DNA from: Hyphochytrium catenoides | Taxonomy: Eukaryota; Protista; Hyphochytriomycota | Direction: 5' to 3' | Length of the DNA: 64,000 nucleotides | Assembly: GCA_900088475.1 (NCBI GenBank) | Contig: FLMG01002851.1 | Span: 27,422-91,421 of the forward strand | Part shown: in pieces, positions 12,750 through 24,687 of the stretch | Layout: every line of letters begins with the position of its first letter | How positions within the stretch are numbered: the stretch's first letter is position 1 | Translations under genes and position numbers: made by a program | Notes under the pieces: model-generated | What the model saw: only the letters and a program-made list of their open reading frames with translations | What the model was told of the DNA's origin: nothing | Databases searched by the model: none

Positions 12750-15700
12750 TTATTTCTTGGACTTAGCGGGCTCTTTAGGCTTCCGCTTGCCGGCTTGCGC
12801 TTCCAACTTCTTCCTAAGCTCATTCTTCACCGTGGCGCGCTGGCTTGGCTTGAGCGTGTTGGGTTTAGAAGAACCAGAGAGTACACCGCCAACAATCTAA
12901 CCATCACGAAGTCATCAGCCTTTTCCAAGGACAAGCCGCAGTTTTGTGAATACAGCGTACCTGCGCCTGGCGCTTAAAGGCCTTCGAGGCCTCCTCTCTT
13001 GCCGCAGAGCCGCAGCCGTGGACTTCAGGAATGCCATGGCTGAGATCAAGAGGCTGCTGGTTAATTTATTGCCTCTACTGTTAGAATAAATAGTAAGAGA
13101 GATAAATCGTCCTTACGATATGCAAAAGCGGTTCTTGCAGTGTGCGCAAGTGGATCCAATGAGCTCCACACGCTTCCCACAGCCAAACCAGCACTTTGAC
13201 GCCTGATGCACTGCCATGTCTAACGCTTGAGTCATGGCTTCTATTTCTTGAAGTTCCTCTTCTGCAGTCTTGCCGTGTCCTGTACGAGTTTCGTTAGTAA
13301 GGACTGTTCTCACGACCCCAAGACTGATAAGCTCTTCATAGAACTTACCCTTGCTCTTTGCTTGCTTCTTCCCCTTCTTTCTCTTGCTGGACGGCTTCTG
13401 TTGTTCCTTGGCACTCATACTAAAAGATGCTTCAGCGTTAGGTGGCGCCAATGAAGCTGCTCGCCGCAGTCGCTCTTCATGGAGCTGCTTGAGCAATACG
13501 TTCCCTGAAAGGAGGTCTGCTGCTGGCTTCCCTTCTACTTCGTCCTCTGATGAGCTTGATTCTAAGACATAGAGAGAAGGCTTCAAGCCAGCTGGTCGCT
13601 CTTCGTCACTCTTTACTTCCTGTACTTCCCTGTCCTGCTCATGTTGCCTCTTTTGAGACTGTATCTGCGGCTCAGGCGCTTTCGTAATCATCACGTAGCG
13701 CTCAGTACCCGTTCCATAGCTGTCATGGGCTAATCCTAGCTCTTCAGCCGTGGCATGGACTAAACGCCTCTGGAACGCGGTCAAGGTGGATGGAAATGAT
13801 AGTGTGCTTGCGTTATCGGCTTTGGAAAACTTCTGAACCTAGAAAGAATGTTACCGTTGAGCAAAGTCTCATGCGCTAATTCGCTCTTATAGGACCCCTA
13901 AGTACCTGATCAACAATCTCCATGCTAGCATCGTCGAGCTCATCCTCCTCAGCATGTGGCTGGTTTATAACTTTAGATTGGTTGCTGGCGTGATTGTGTG
14001 AAGAACTGGGTCTTGATGATAGGGCATACTTGGGCATAGCAGCCTCTGACGGCTTCTTGCTCTTTTTGGCAGTTTTTTTTGGAACTTGGGAGGCTTTCGG
14101 GGTTTGTCTCGGCCGCAGGAAGGATTCCGGCATAGAAGACTCAGGAAGATCTTCGTCACCCTCATAAGACTTTCCACTAATGCAGAGGCCATGGCTCTGT
14201 AAATGGTCCACCTGTGGGAGAGGTGTTAGGGTTGGGTCAGATGAGAGCTACCAGCGTCTACTTAGAACTAGCCGACCAAAGGTCTACCAAGGACTAGCCC
14301 AGGAGGAGACAATTCGACGTCTGCGGAAGCGTGGAACCAGATAATGGGGACAGAGTGAACGAGAGTAAGAAGACCAATCGCCAAAGAATTAATCCGAAAG
14401 GGCTTGCCAAGAAGACATTTGGGGTTGCTCACCAATCCCGCGATAAATTCATCCTGGCAGACAGTCGATGGGTCGCAGATGATGGCGCAGTGCCGCTTAG
14501 CCCTAGTCACTGCCACGTTTAACCGGCGCCGATCGGCAAGGAAGCCCACTTCACCTCTTTTGTTAGAGCGCACAAGGGACAGTATTACTGCTTCCCTCTC
14601 GCCTCCCTACGAGTAAATCTTAGATAGGGAATTGCAACCAGGCGACACTCTGGGCACCTGAAATCCATCAACAGAGCGCACTTGAACCTTGGGCATCGAG
14701 GGAGAGATCAGGCATTTCAATAACTCCACCTTCCGGAACGGTGTTGATGTCAGGGGTGGAAATGTGGCCGGAGCAGGCAGAGGATCAAAATACCTGTGCA
14801 TTGTATGGCGTGATCACTGCAATGTTCTCCTGCGGCAGACCGGCACGGACCAAGCGGTGGACATGACGAGCCACGATGGACGCTTCGCCTGCGTTGAACT
14901 TGGATTCGCTAGATGGAGCTAAGTTATCATTTACCCCGAACGGAGGTAAATATGTCCAGGATGATGCGCACCTGGTCTCGTGCGTCTGTTCCTCACAGTC
15001 ACAGCCTTCAGTATCGACCAACACCAGAACCGAGTGTACCTCGGGATCATCTTCCTCGAAGCTCAGAGTGATAATATCGGCAAGCGTATGTCCTGCCACC
15101 GTCTCATCCGACAGCAAGCGCCCTGTGAGGTAGATAGATGCAAAAGCTCAGTCAGTATTAGAAGACCATGAATCTCTTAAGAAGACTGTAACTACCTACC
15201 CCCATACAGAGCATCAGAGGCCCAGCTACAAATAAGGTGATTCATCCGGTACTGCGTGTCAAGCATCACTGCGACCTCATCCTGATATAGACTGCAAAGC
15301 GTAAGATAAAAGGTAATAATGGTGACCCAACAACCACCTCACCGATGGATGCGGTCAAAGAGCGTAACTCCCAACCCTTCACGCTCTGCCTGTGGAGACT
15401 TGATAGTTGGGGGGAGTTGATTGTGATCTCCTGCAAGCACTACTCTAGCGCCCTAATCATTCAGAGAGAGTCGCTAGTCAGCATTTTCTATATTGCTTCG
15501 GCAGAAGTTGGTGACCTTGAGGATAGGAATCCAGCACGACGCCTCCAAAGCTTGTGCTGCTTCATCTATAACCACGACATCGAACTCCACTTGCTCTAGC
15601 GTCCGCATGCCGGCTCCAATATTAGTGGCACAAATGACGTTGCTCTGTCGGACGATCTGCATGATTGTCAACCGAGAAAAACAAACAGATCATTCGCACC

Positions 15701-17133
15701 TATGCCTCAAAGGACCTGGGGATATGCGCAAGTGGACTTACTTCCTTCACAGCACCTTCCTCCCGCTGGCGAAGCTCTTTTCTCAAAATCTTCAACTCCT
15801 TTCGGAGCTCTCTCTTAGCATCCTTGCTCTTCGACTTCATGATGTTCTTGTACACTGAATTCAACTCCTTTCGGATGTCCCCAACAATCTCTGTGGCATC
15901 TGAAGCCTAAGAGAGGAGAGAGCGGCCAAAGGCGTTTACACCAAAGCATGATGGGGATTCTAACGTACTCATCAGTTCACAGCAGTACCTGAACCCTGGC
16001 ATCTAAGCAGTGGCGCAAGATTTGTGGCAGCATCCGGGAGGGATGGCCAAGCCTCAGAACTCGTGGCTGTGATCCTTTGATGGCAATTATAAGCGCCTTG
16101 TAATTAGAGTTCTTTTGATGGGCAAGTCCTGCTTACCTTTGATGGGGACGACCAATCTCTCAACGATGTTGTCTACAGCAACGTTGGACGGAGCACATAC
16201 CAAAATCTTCAGGTCCTGAGCCACCAGCTGGCGGATAAGCTCAACTACAACTGTGGTCTTGCCTATCAACGGTGTGACCGTAAGCCCTTGGTTGCTTTGA
16301 GAGTCTAAGGTTTGCCTGTAAGCTCATTAGTACCTGTGCCGGGTGGGCCATGAATAAGCGCGACGTCCTTCGAGCTGAGTGCGAAGGAGATAGCGCCAAG
16401 TTGAGATGAGTTCAGGTTCTGGTTGAAAGGCTTGAAAGGCCTGCTGGTTCCTCTCTCGGGCCGTTTACCATGGAAGACGCTTGATACAGCGATAGTCACT
16501 TCATTGTCAAGAACGATGAGGTTATTCGAGAACCCACTTACACATTCACCACTCTTGCGCCAAGATCATGGCCTGCACTGCGCTCCAGCGCTCGCAGACC
16601 TTCCTCCAACTTATTGTACGTCACCTCATTGGCTAGTTGATCTATCCGCAGTGGCTCTGGGGGCAGATCGACCTCATCTAGCTTGTCACAAGCGACAGAT
16701 ATGGACGTATCTGTCACTTTGGAGACCACTCCGGTCAGACCCCCCGATACATATTGTGAGTCTACAGGGTCACGAGAGCTTTTAAGGCCCACAATGTCAC
16801 CAACAGTAATGCGATTTGCGGGCAGTTGAGGCCTTGAGCCGTGTTTAAGCTCCACCACGCTACGTCCAAAGAGTCCTGACTGAAGAGAAGCAACTCTCAA
16901 CGAGAGGATGCTTGTGCCGCGTGCTTCGCATTCCTATAATAGGACAAGAACCAGCACGAAGCCTATAAGAAAGATGTAGAACGCTACGAGTCGCACTTCC
17001 GAACCTTTGCGGAGAGGTCATTCAACTGACTGTTAGATTGCTGCACCTCCTCCTGCTTCTCAATCGCTAGCAAGTGGCGCTGCTGCTTCAACCAGGCCTC
17101 CAACCCAATCTTAGCTTCCACCGTTGCCTCCAT
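12750..17133 (-). CDS. IGHMBP2: IGHMBP2/SMUBP-2 (Hcs1-like) UPF1-family SF1 helicase with R3H domain and AN1 zinc finger, multi-exon
   Basis: Walker [12 protein letters not shown] (split by an intron), [87 protein letters not shown]; R3[25 protein letters not shown]; AN1 [31 protein letters not shown] at 17133, stop at 12750-12752. Confidence 0.93.
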
Positions 17134-18760
17134 TTTGCCTATAGCGACCCAGCTTCCTCTGGATTATGCTGGAGAAGAGAGAGTAGGTTCTGTCCTCAGG
17201 ACAGAAGGAGCTTCGTTGAGCTTAATGATGATTTGAGATGAAGGCGCACTCTGTTGCCGAGGACGGAGGATTGTGAACTGGTGATGGAAGAGGTTGGTTA
17301 TCACCATTCCAGTCATCCTCCAGGACATCAGAAGGCTGATCAGAATCAGGGATGATGGGAAAAGATATTCCCATCGCGGCTCCTCGGAGTTGAGAGCGCG
17401 AGACAGAGGAAGAGAACGAAGGAGACATGCGGAAGAAGTTGAAGAAGCAACACACTGAAGCGAAGAAGATGTTCCTTCTCCCGGTTGGCAACAGACCTTG
17501 CCTTTCTTAGACGGAGGTGTGGCAGTGAAGTGCTCCTCCTTATCGTTGTCTCCTGTTGTTGGTCTGATTGATGCATACTATCGACAGCTCATGCTCCTCG
17601 AGTTGATAACGGCGCCTTATCCTCGAGTAGCTTGACTGTGAATTAGAGTCTGCGGAGATTCATAAAATGGGTCGACGCCACCTCACACTGAATTGCACTG
17701 TTTGCACCATTTTACCGTGACCCAGCCAAACGCTCAAGTGACTGCTAAGCCATCCACAGTCACAAAGAAGTTCTTCGCCTCAGCTTCACTTTTTCAATCC
17801 TTTCTCCGCCACCCCGTGATCAACATAAGGCACAGACTGCTCCAAACTTCGGTCAAGCTGCCGTAGGACCTTATGGATGGTTTCATTACCGCAGCTCCCC
17901 ATGCTGTTGGCTCACTGCCTTCCTCCTCTTGTCATTCCCTAACGCATGCATCTTCACAGACAAGGAGGCGATAAAGGGTCTAGAGTATTGGATACATAGG
18001 GATACACAATCTAGTGAACGATGTTCCTTTCCAGCTGACTTTGCAGATCGTCGGGAGCCATACGAAAGCCCTCCATTGCGGACAGATCGTCACCAATCCG
18101 GTAGACTATCAATGGAGGAGCGCAGAATCAGAGATGATGAAGAACCTGACGGTCTGTTATTATGGCACACATACAATCTAAAAGAAAGGCAGTCCTCTAG
18201 CTGCTGCTCCATCGCCGCCCTGTCTCTCTCTTGGCTGACAATGTCCTGACTCCTAGCCAACAAACCGCCTTTGCAGACCTCAGCAGAGCACCAAACCACA
18301 AAGATCTTGACGAGTGGGAGAGCTGATGGGCCCTAACGATCTTCACTCCTGGGGGTCTACAACTTTATCGTGAATGTGGTTTCCTATAGTAGATATTATT
18401 ATAGATCAACGTGTCCTAATTCGGAATGCTTCTCACAGTGGTCACTACTGCAATCGAAGTATTTGTTTGGTCGCTCTAGTGCAGCAAATCTTGCTTTCTG
18501 CATTGCTGATGAGTTTTGGGCCACTGGAGGCCCTGAGGCCTGAGGCACTCACTCGAGGAACAGCACTATCCATTGAAGGCTAGGAGGTATCAGAAACTCT
18601 CTCCTCCTCACTGGATTTGCGGCGTCTCAATAGCAGCACAGGGAGTTCACCTCAGCTCGGCCTCCTCCTTGTGGCTGGATAAACTTGCTTCGGCGTTGAG
18701 GAAGAGCACGTGCTACGTGTGTCAAGGCAGCCGAAAGACCAGCACTACCCACCCGTTGAG

Positions 18761-21341
18761 ATGGCGTTCAATGGCTTCAACTGGGGCTCAGGCTCTTTCT
18801 CGAGCACCGCCAGTAGCTCCTCGGCCCTGAAGCGCCAACGGGACGAAGCTTCCTTTGACCGAATAGGTTCAGTCCCAAAGAAAGGTAGCGCTGTCAGGCT
18901 GCTCCACAAGAGCTTTATGTGTCGTTGATTAAGCTAACCCTGTCCCTTTCTTGCTCCTCGACCCGCAGTGGCTGGTAGCAGCTTCGCATCTTCTTCGCTA
19001 TCCCACAGTGCTGATTTTTCCAGTAGAGGGCTCTACAAGCCTCGGAGAAGTAAAACTGAAGAGCTGACTAGACAGCTCGCCGCGCTAAACAAACATTTTA
19101 GTGCCTTCATAGAGCAACAGCACAGAGAGAATCCTGGAGAAGATTGGACTGCAGGTAAGAGTGAAGAGACGAAACAGTGATGTCACGTCAGAGCTATCCT
19201 ATTCCACCAACTTTCTTAGTCCTTCTCGGTGTGCTTTGAAATGTCCGATGGTGACAAAGGCTCCCTGACATGGCGCTTGACAGGCGTTCGGGACTATCTC
19301 TCCTATCTGTCGCAGCTCAAAGAGACCTTCGTACCTCAGAGTGGGAAGGTATTTACCTTTGGCAGTGGTGATTGTGGGCAGCTAGGACATGGAGTCGAGG
19401 AAGAGTCGGACCTTAGTGTGCGCTATCCTCGGGTGGTCCGTTCTCTGTACGCCGTTAACTTCGTGAAGATCTCCTGCGGTGGACTACACACGGTGGCGCT
19501 GACAGCTGAAGGGCAAGTCTACTCTTGGGGATGCAATGATGACGGCGCTCTAGGCCGAACCATGAAGGAAAGCGCGGAGGAGAATATCCCCACGCTTGTG
19601 TCAGGATTTCCAAATAACCCTTTGATAGTTGATGTAAGAGAGATGCCACGCGGACTTTATGAACGGGACAACCCATTGCCCCGGTCTTTCGCCGCTCCGT
19701 CAAATAACCCATGGCTCTCCCGCCCCGTATTCTCTTCCTCGGTCTTCATTACGCGTCTTTTGTCAGTCACCGTTTGCTCTTACCCTATTCTGCAACAGGT
19801 GGTCGCTGGTGATTGTCACTCGACAGTGCTCTCTGTAGAAGGTACGCTAATGGCTGCGTAAGACCCTCTTTCCTGGGCGAAGTGATGAACTTGACGGTTC
19901 TCAATCTCTTATAGGTGACGTCTACGGCTGGGGCTGTTATAAGGATAAGGATGGTAAGAACTGGTTCCACGACCAAGAGTCATCCAAATCCTTCAAGAAG
20001 AAGCAGGTTCTCGACATTGCAAGTATGCAGGGTCATCATAGCTTCCTAATATATTCTCGCCGACCCTCTCTGTCTTCCAGCTGACTCCAATGCTTATCAG
20101 AGGCGTCACAAACGCTGTAGAGATCAAATGTGGTGCCAGCTTCACTGTTGCCCGGACTGCAGATGGAGCGTTGTGGAGTTGGGGTCTAGGAGAAATGGGC
20201 CAGGTAACGCTCTTCTCGCTTTATAGCGTCCACCTAGGACACCTTGGCCTGGGTAGGCTCTCTATGCTCCCCTGTATCGCTGAGAGTTCTTTGTGTCGTT
20301 TGTGCAGCTAGGTCGGCCTGTAATCAAGGAGTTCAAAGACTCGGAACATGAATACCTGGTGGCGGATATCATTCGAGACCATCTAACACCTGCCCGGGTT
20401 CAGTTGGATCGAAAGCCAGTGGCAAATGTGAAGGTCGTTGGCTGTGGTGCTTACCATACACTTTTCTCAATGGCGATTGGCAATAGGACCTTCGCCGTAG
20501 GTAAGCCTGATACCTCTTGCCATCCCGATCACGATAATTGAGAGTTCCCCGTTTACAACGTACTTGTTTCCAGGGCTAAACAACTACGGACAGTTAGGGC
20601 TAGGAGACACAGATGCAAGGTATGTATTGCCACCTGGCCGTGCCAGATCGCGCACTAACGGATGCACTCTACTATTTGCCGTTTTGTTCTTCTTCTATAG
20701 ATGGGAACCCGTCAGAGTCTCGGCCTTAGATCCTTACAAGCTCATCCGCATTGCCGGAGGAGTGCATCACTCAATGGTGCTCACATGGGAGGGCAAGGTG
20801 CTGACATTCGGCCGCTCGGATTCAGGGCAGCTGGGAGATGGTTCCACAGGGGGCCCAGGATCCTTTACTGACAGGTAAGGCGTCGCTGTGAAGCTTTTCA
20901 ATGGTCGAGGAGCTATCCCAAACCTGCTAGTAGCGATATCACCCCGTATCAGAACTAACCTGGACTCTTTTCGCGTGACGCTTATTTCAGACCTCAGCTC
21001 ATCAAGATAGGGGACGACAATGAGCCTATCGTGGCCATCTCTTGTGGAGCAAACCACAACATGGTGCTCTCCAAGAGTCAAACAGTTTATGCTTGGGGCT
21101 ACGGAGACATGTACGCACTAGGGACAGGAAAGGACAAGGATGAAGTGCGGCCAGCTAAGTTGCGATGGGACAAGGTAGCGGTAGACAATGACAAACAAGT
21201 GCTGCAGGTCTGTTCCCTCCCAAATATTCATTATGTTCTGACCTCTTGACCTTACCTCAGTCGTATTCTTGCTCCCTCTAGGTGGAAGCAGGAGGTCAGC
21301 ATTCCGCAATTATCATAAAGGGTAAAATCTCCGTCAATTAA
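18761..21341 (+). CDS. RCC1: Regulator of chromosome condensation RCC1 (RanGEF) with an N-terminal extension carrying a Nup50/Nup2-like helical segment
   Basis: RCC1 blades match canonical RCC1 as I recall it: FGSGDCGQLGHG, ISCGGLHTVAL..GQVYSWGCNDDGALGR, VVAGDCHS..WGCYKDKDG, WGLGEMGQLGR, GLNNYGQLGLG, IAGGVHHS..FGRSDSGQLG, AWGYGDMYALGTG, VEAGGQHSAI. ATG 18761; first introns 18885-18968 and 19155-19283; stop TAA 21339-21341. Confidence 0.9.
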
Positions 21342-21441
21342 TTATTCAGTGGAGTTGAAGCTCCATAGTGACTATATCACAGCTTGTCAATCTGAAGATC
21401 AACAGCGAACAGCAGCTCACATCTACGGTTACGGATAACAT

Positions 21442-24209
21442 TCAGCTATAGAGGTCTATAGTGCACATCACCTTGATCAAGGAAGAGATGTCGAAAGGAT
21501 TAGCGGTGATGGGGAATCGGCGGACTTGGTCATTCGCGACTATCTCTGCTGCTATTAGATCAAGTGGTGCATTCTCCGCTGTCGTTAGGAGATGGATATC
21601 GGGTGGGCTTGCCTGTCGTCTTTTAGTAGGAGACTTCGCTGGAGATCCCTTGCTGGACATAAGGCCATTTGGGCAAAAGTGTCAAATGGATTGAAGTGAT
21701 GGCTACACAGGCTGAAGGTTCCTAACCTTATCATTAGCCGGGAGGAAATGGCATCGGCTAAGCCGCCCGTGCCGCTAATGACAATGAGGGGCCAGCCTTC
21801 CTTGGCTAAGCTCTGGGCAATGGAAGCTTTATTGGGCATGAAAGATTTGAGTGAAAGGTCCGTGCAAGGTTGGTCCATCCTTACCAAGCTCTTACCATCT
21901 CGCTCTCCCCCTCCGGTCAGCACAGCAACAACTCTGCCATTGCCACCTATAACTCTAGCCAAATCCACGACATCCGCTCCTACGGCGTCTGGGCTCTGCT
22001 CTCCGACCAGCACGACGTGGGAGGCATAAGTAGCAGGGAATGTCATCGTTGACCCTAAAGAGTACAGCGACAGTGAGGGATGTGAACAGGAGGTATTAAG
22101 GTTAGTTCCAGTCAGTCGTGCCTCTGCTCGTGCCTCCAATGTAAGTGACAAACCTGGTAGCGGAGCCGGAGCGATGCCAGCTATGTCCACAGCCTTTAAC
22201 AGCTGATAGGGAATCTGATCGGACGAGTGCAGACGACAGAGACTTTGGCCCACGCTGACATCGAGGACCATTGCATCTGCAAGCGCTGCGGTCCTTGCAA
22301 TTGCTCCCAAGAACAGTCTGAGATAGTCCAGTTCTTGAACCCCATCGTTGACAGACGAAGTGCCTGATAACAGGAAACCACGTCAGAGAAGTATAGGGAG
22401 GAAGGGAGAAGTAGGCCTACCAAGCAGTACAATCACCGGAAAGCGCCAGTCATGCATACCGCGACGCTCTCCTCTGATTATGGCAATATCAGATTCGTTT
22501 ATAGACTTGCATCCACTCTATCATCATCACGTCCCAGAATGGATGGCGTTAGAGTTCCGTCGTCTGTCTGTGCAGCTGAGGGAGACTTACCTGTATGATA
22601 ACAGCGTTGCTTGGCAGAGTGATGCCCTGGTCCTTTAGTCTAGACAGTGCCTAGTAAGTCTCAGAGTTAAGAGGTCCGCCAGCACACTTACTTCTGTCTC
22701 CAAATGCTCTCCGCCGACGGCTGGCTTCCCTCTGGCTCCTGGGTAGGAAATAGTCTTCACTATATGTCTTGCAGCGAAGGATAACACTCTTCTTACCTCG
22801 CGCCCTTCCTCCATGTCGCCTTCAATAAATGGAGGCGGTCTTTGCGGTTTTGCCTTAGGTTCAAGGGGTCTGGCATCCAGGGATTCGTCATGTTGGGCCT
22901 CGTTGAAAGGCCGAGGTAAGCTTTGAGCACTTTCAGCGACTGATGAGGCTTTCTCAGCACCCGTGGTTGGCAGTGACGGTACTTCTTTGGGCAGCACCAG
23001 CTGATCCCCCTTATGTTCTTCCTTCTTAGAGGGTAAGCTTCTTTCCGCCTGGCTAGGGATGAGCGTGATCTCTCGAGCGGTCTGGGGAAGCTCTTGAGGG
23101 TTTGAATAAGTTTGCGGCGTCGACGAAACCCGTTCAGTGGCTTGCTGCTCTATCAGATCATCCATCTCTCTTGACACAGCGGGAGGCCCTTTCAAGGAGA
23201 CTTTCTGAACAAGAGGATGCTCTTGAACCTGAACCGCGGTTCTTGGTGCAGCTGGAGGTCCCTTCAGTGGCATCTCTGACCCTTCTTGCTGCCGCTTTGG
23301 TCCCTCCCTTGCGTTCGCCTCAGGCTCAGAGTTCTGAATCGGAGTAACAGCTCTCTGTTCTTTACCCTTAACAACCTCTAAGGGCTCAGCAATACGCTCT
23401 GACGGTACGTTTGCAGCTACAGATTGCAATTTGCTCTGGACCTGTATGGACTCTGCCGGAGGCCGCTCTTCCTCCAAAGGGAGATGGTCAGACGCAGTCT
23501 TCTCCGCGTGCTCAATATTTTGACTCAGTGAAGAAGCGATACTAGGAGTGGGTTCATCAGGACTGGTAAGAGAAGAGCATGAAGATTCGCTAATAGGAGC
23601 TGAAGGAGAGAAGGCGACCTTTGTCAGAGGCTCATTTACTGCTGGATTCTCAGTTGGCTGTGGATTTGGTGGGAGGCCTTCGTTCAGGGTCCTCGGTTCA
23701 GCGATTGACACCGGCAAATTCTCGGCTTCCTTCACTGGCAACTCATACGACACTCCTTCGTCCTCTAGAGGAGCTACAGCATTTTGATCTCCTGTTGCAC
23801 CGGTTGGAAGCACGAGCAGAGTGCTTGCCGGAAGGGACAAAGCAGAATCCAAGGGCAGTGGTGCTGGGCCGTCAGCTAATTTAGCGGTTGGGGCCAGTGG
23901 GCCTACATCTGGAGGTGACAAAGTGGTATCCTCTGTGAGACCTGGAGCCTCCATTAGATTGCCGACTGATTGCAGGGAAGAGATATTCTCAGCGGTGTCA
24001 GAGGGCAGAGAATCTGCCACCGGGGTTGGATCTGTGACAGCTGAAGCTTGTAACCTAGCAGCACGTGCTGCCACCATCTCCTTCCCCTCATCTGTATCTT
24101 CGTACGAAGGTCCCACAACCGGTGCCAAGACATTATCATCTTCGGGAGGTCTCAAAGCTCCAACAGGCTGCTCTGGGACAAGAAGCGGAACAGCCTGACT
24201 CTCTTCCAT
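21442..24209 (-). CDS. Protein with a ~470-aa disordered P/E/A/S-rich N-terminus and a C-terminal SLOG domain (LSDAT / TRPM-N-terminal type)
   Basis: Long first exon from ATG 24209. Spliced C-terminal part reads FPVIVLLGTSS..LRLFLGAIARTAALADAMVLDVSVG..IAGIAP..SHVVLV..VVAVLTGGG..GWPLIVISGTGGLADAISSR, the pattern of LSDAT SLOG domains. Stop at 21442-21444. Confidence 0.7.
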
Positions 24210-24687
24210 CCCTCTTTGCAACCCTCCTCCAAACTTCAAAGTTTACCCCTTTTGCCCTTGTCCCCTAAGTCGGCGTCATCATCTCAGGCTGTGCTCATAA
24301 AGAAGGAAAGTAAGAGCTATTGCCGAGGCCATGACAAGGCTCAAAGCCCCGCTCAAAGCTCATCTCCCTGCTAGTTAGTAGAGCGCCAGTGCACTATCAA
24401 CACTGCACAGCTGCTGCCAGTGCTGGGGCGGATCGCGGCCCTGTCTCCTGAGTTCTGATGAGGCGCGAAGGCCAGCGATGAATGAAGAAAATGTCCTTTC
24501 GCCCTTCAGATATCCTCCAGGACCCGGCAAAATAACCACTTTCTCAGTAGCGGTTAGGCCCTTTTCTCGTGGCTGGGTACAGGTTTAACCGGAATGGCTT
24601 TGAGGAAATGACTCTATCTGGCTTCTGTCCTCCCCTTGGAGTTAGAGATGATCTGCTGATTGAAGGAAGGAAGCCAGGCTGCGGCCG

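Noticed and set aside
12750-13800. Helicase + R3H + AN1 zinc finger as a novel fusion
   Set aside because: This is the established IGHMBP2 architecture.
17222-17576. Minus-strand ORFs of 89 and 76 aa upstream of IGHMBP2
   Set aside because: No recognisable motifs and no convincing splice links; more likely 5'UTR or promoter sequence.
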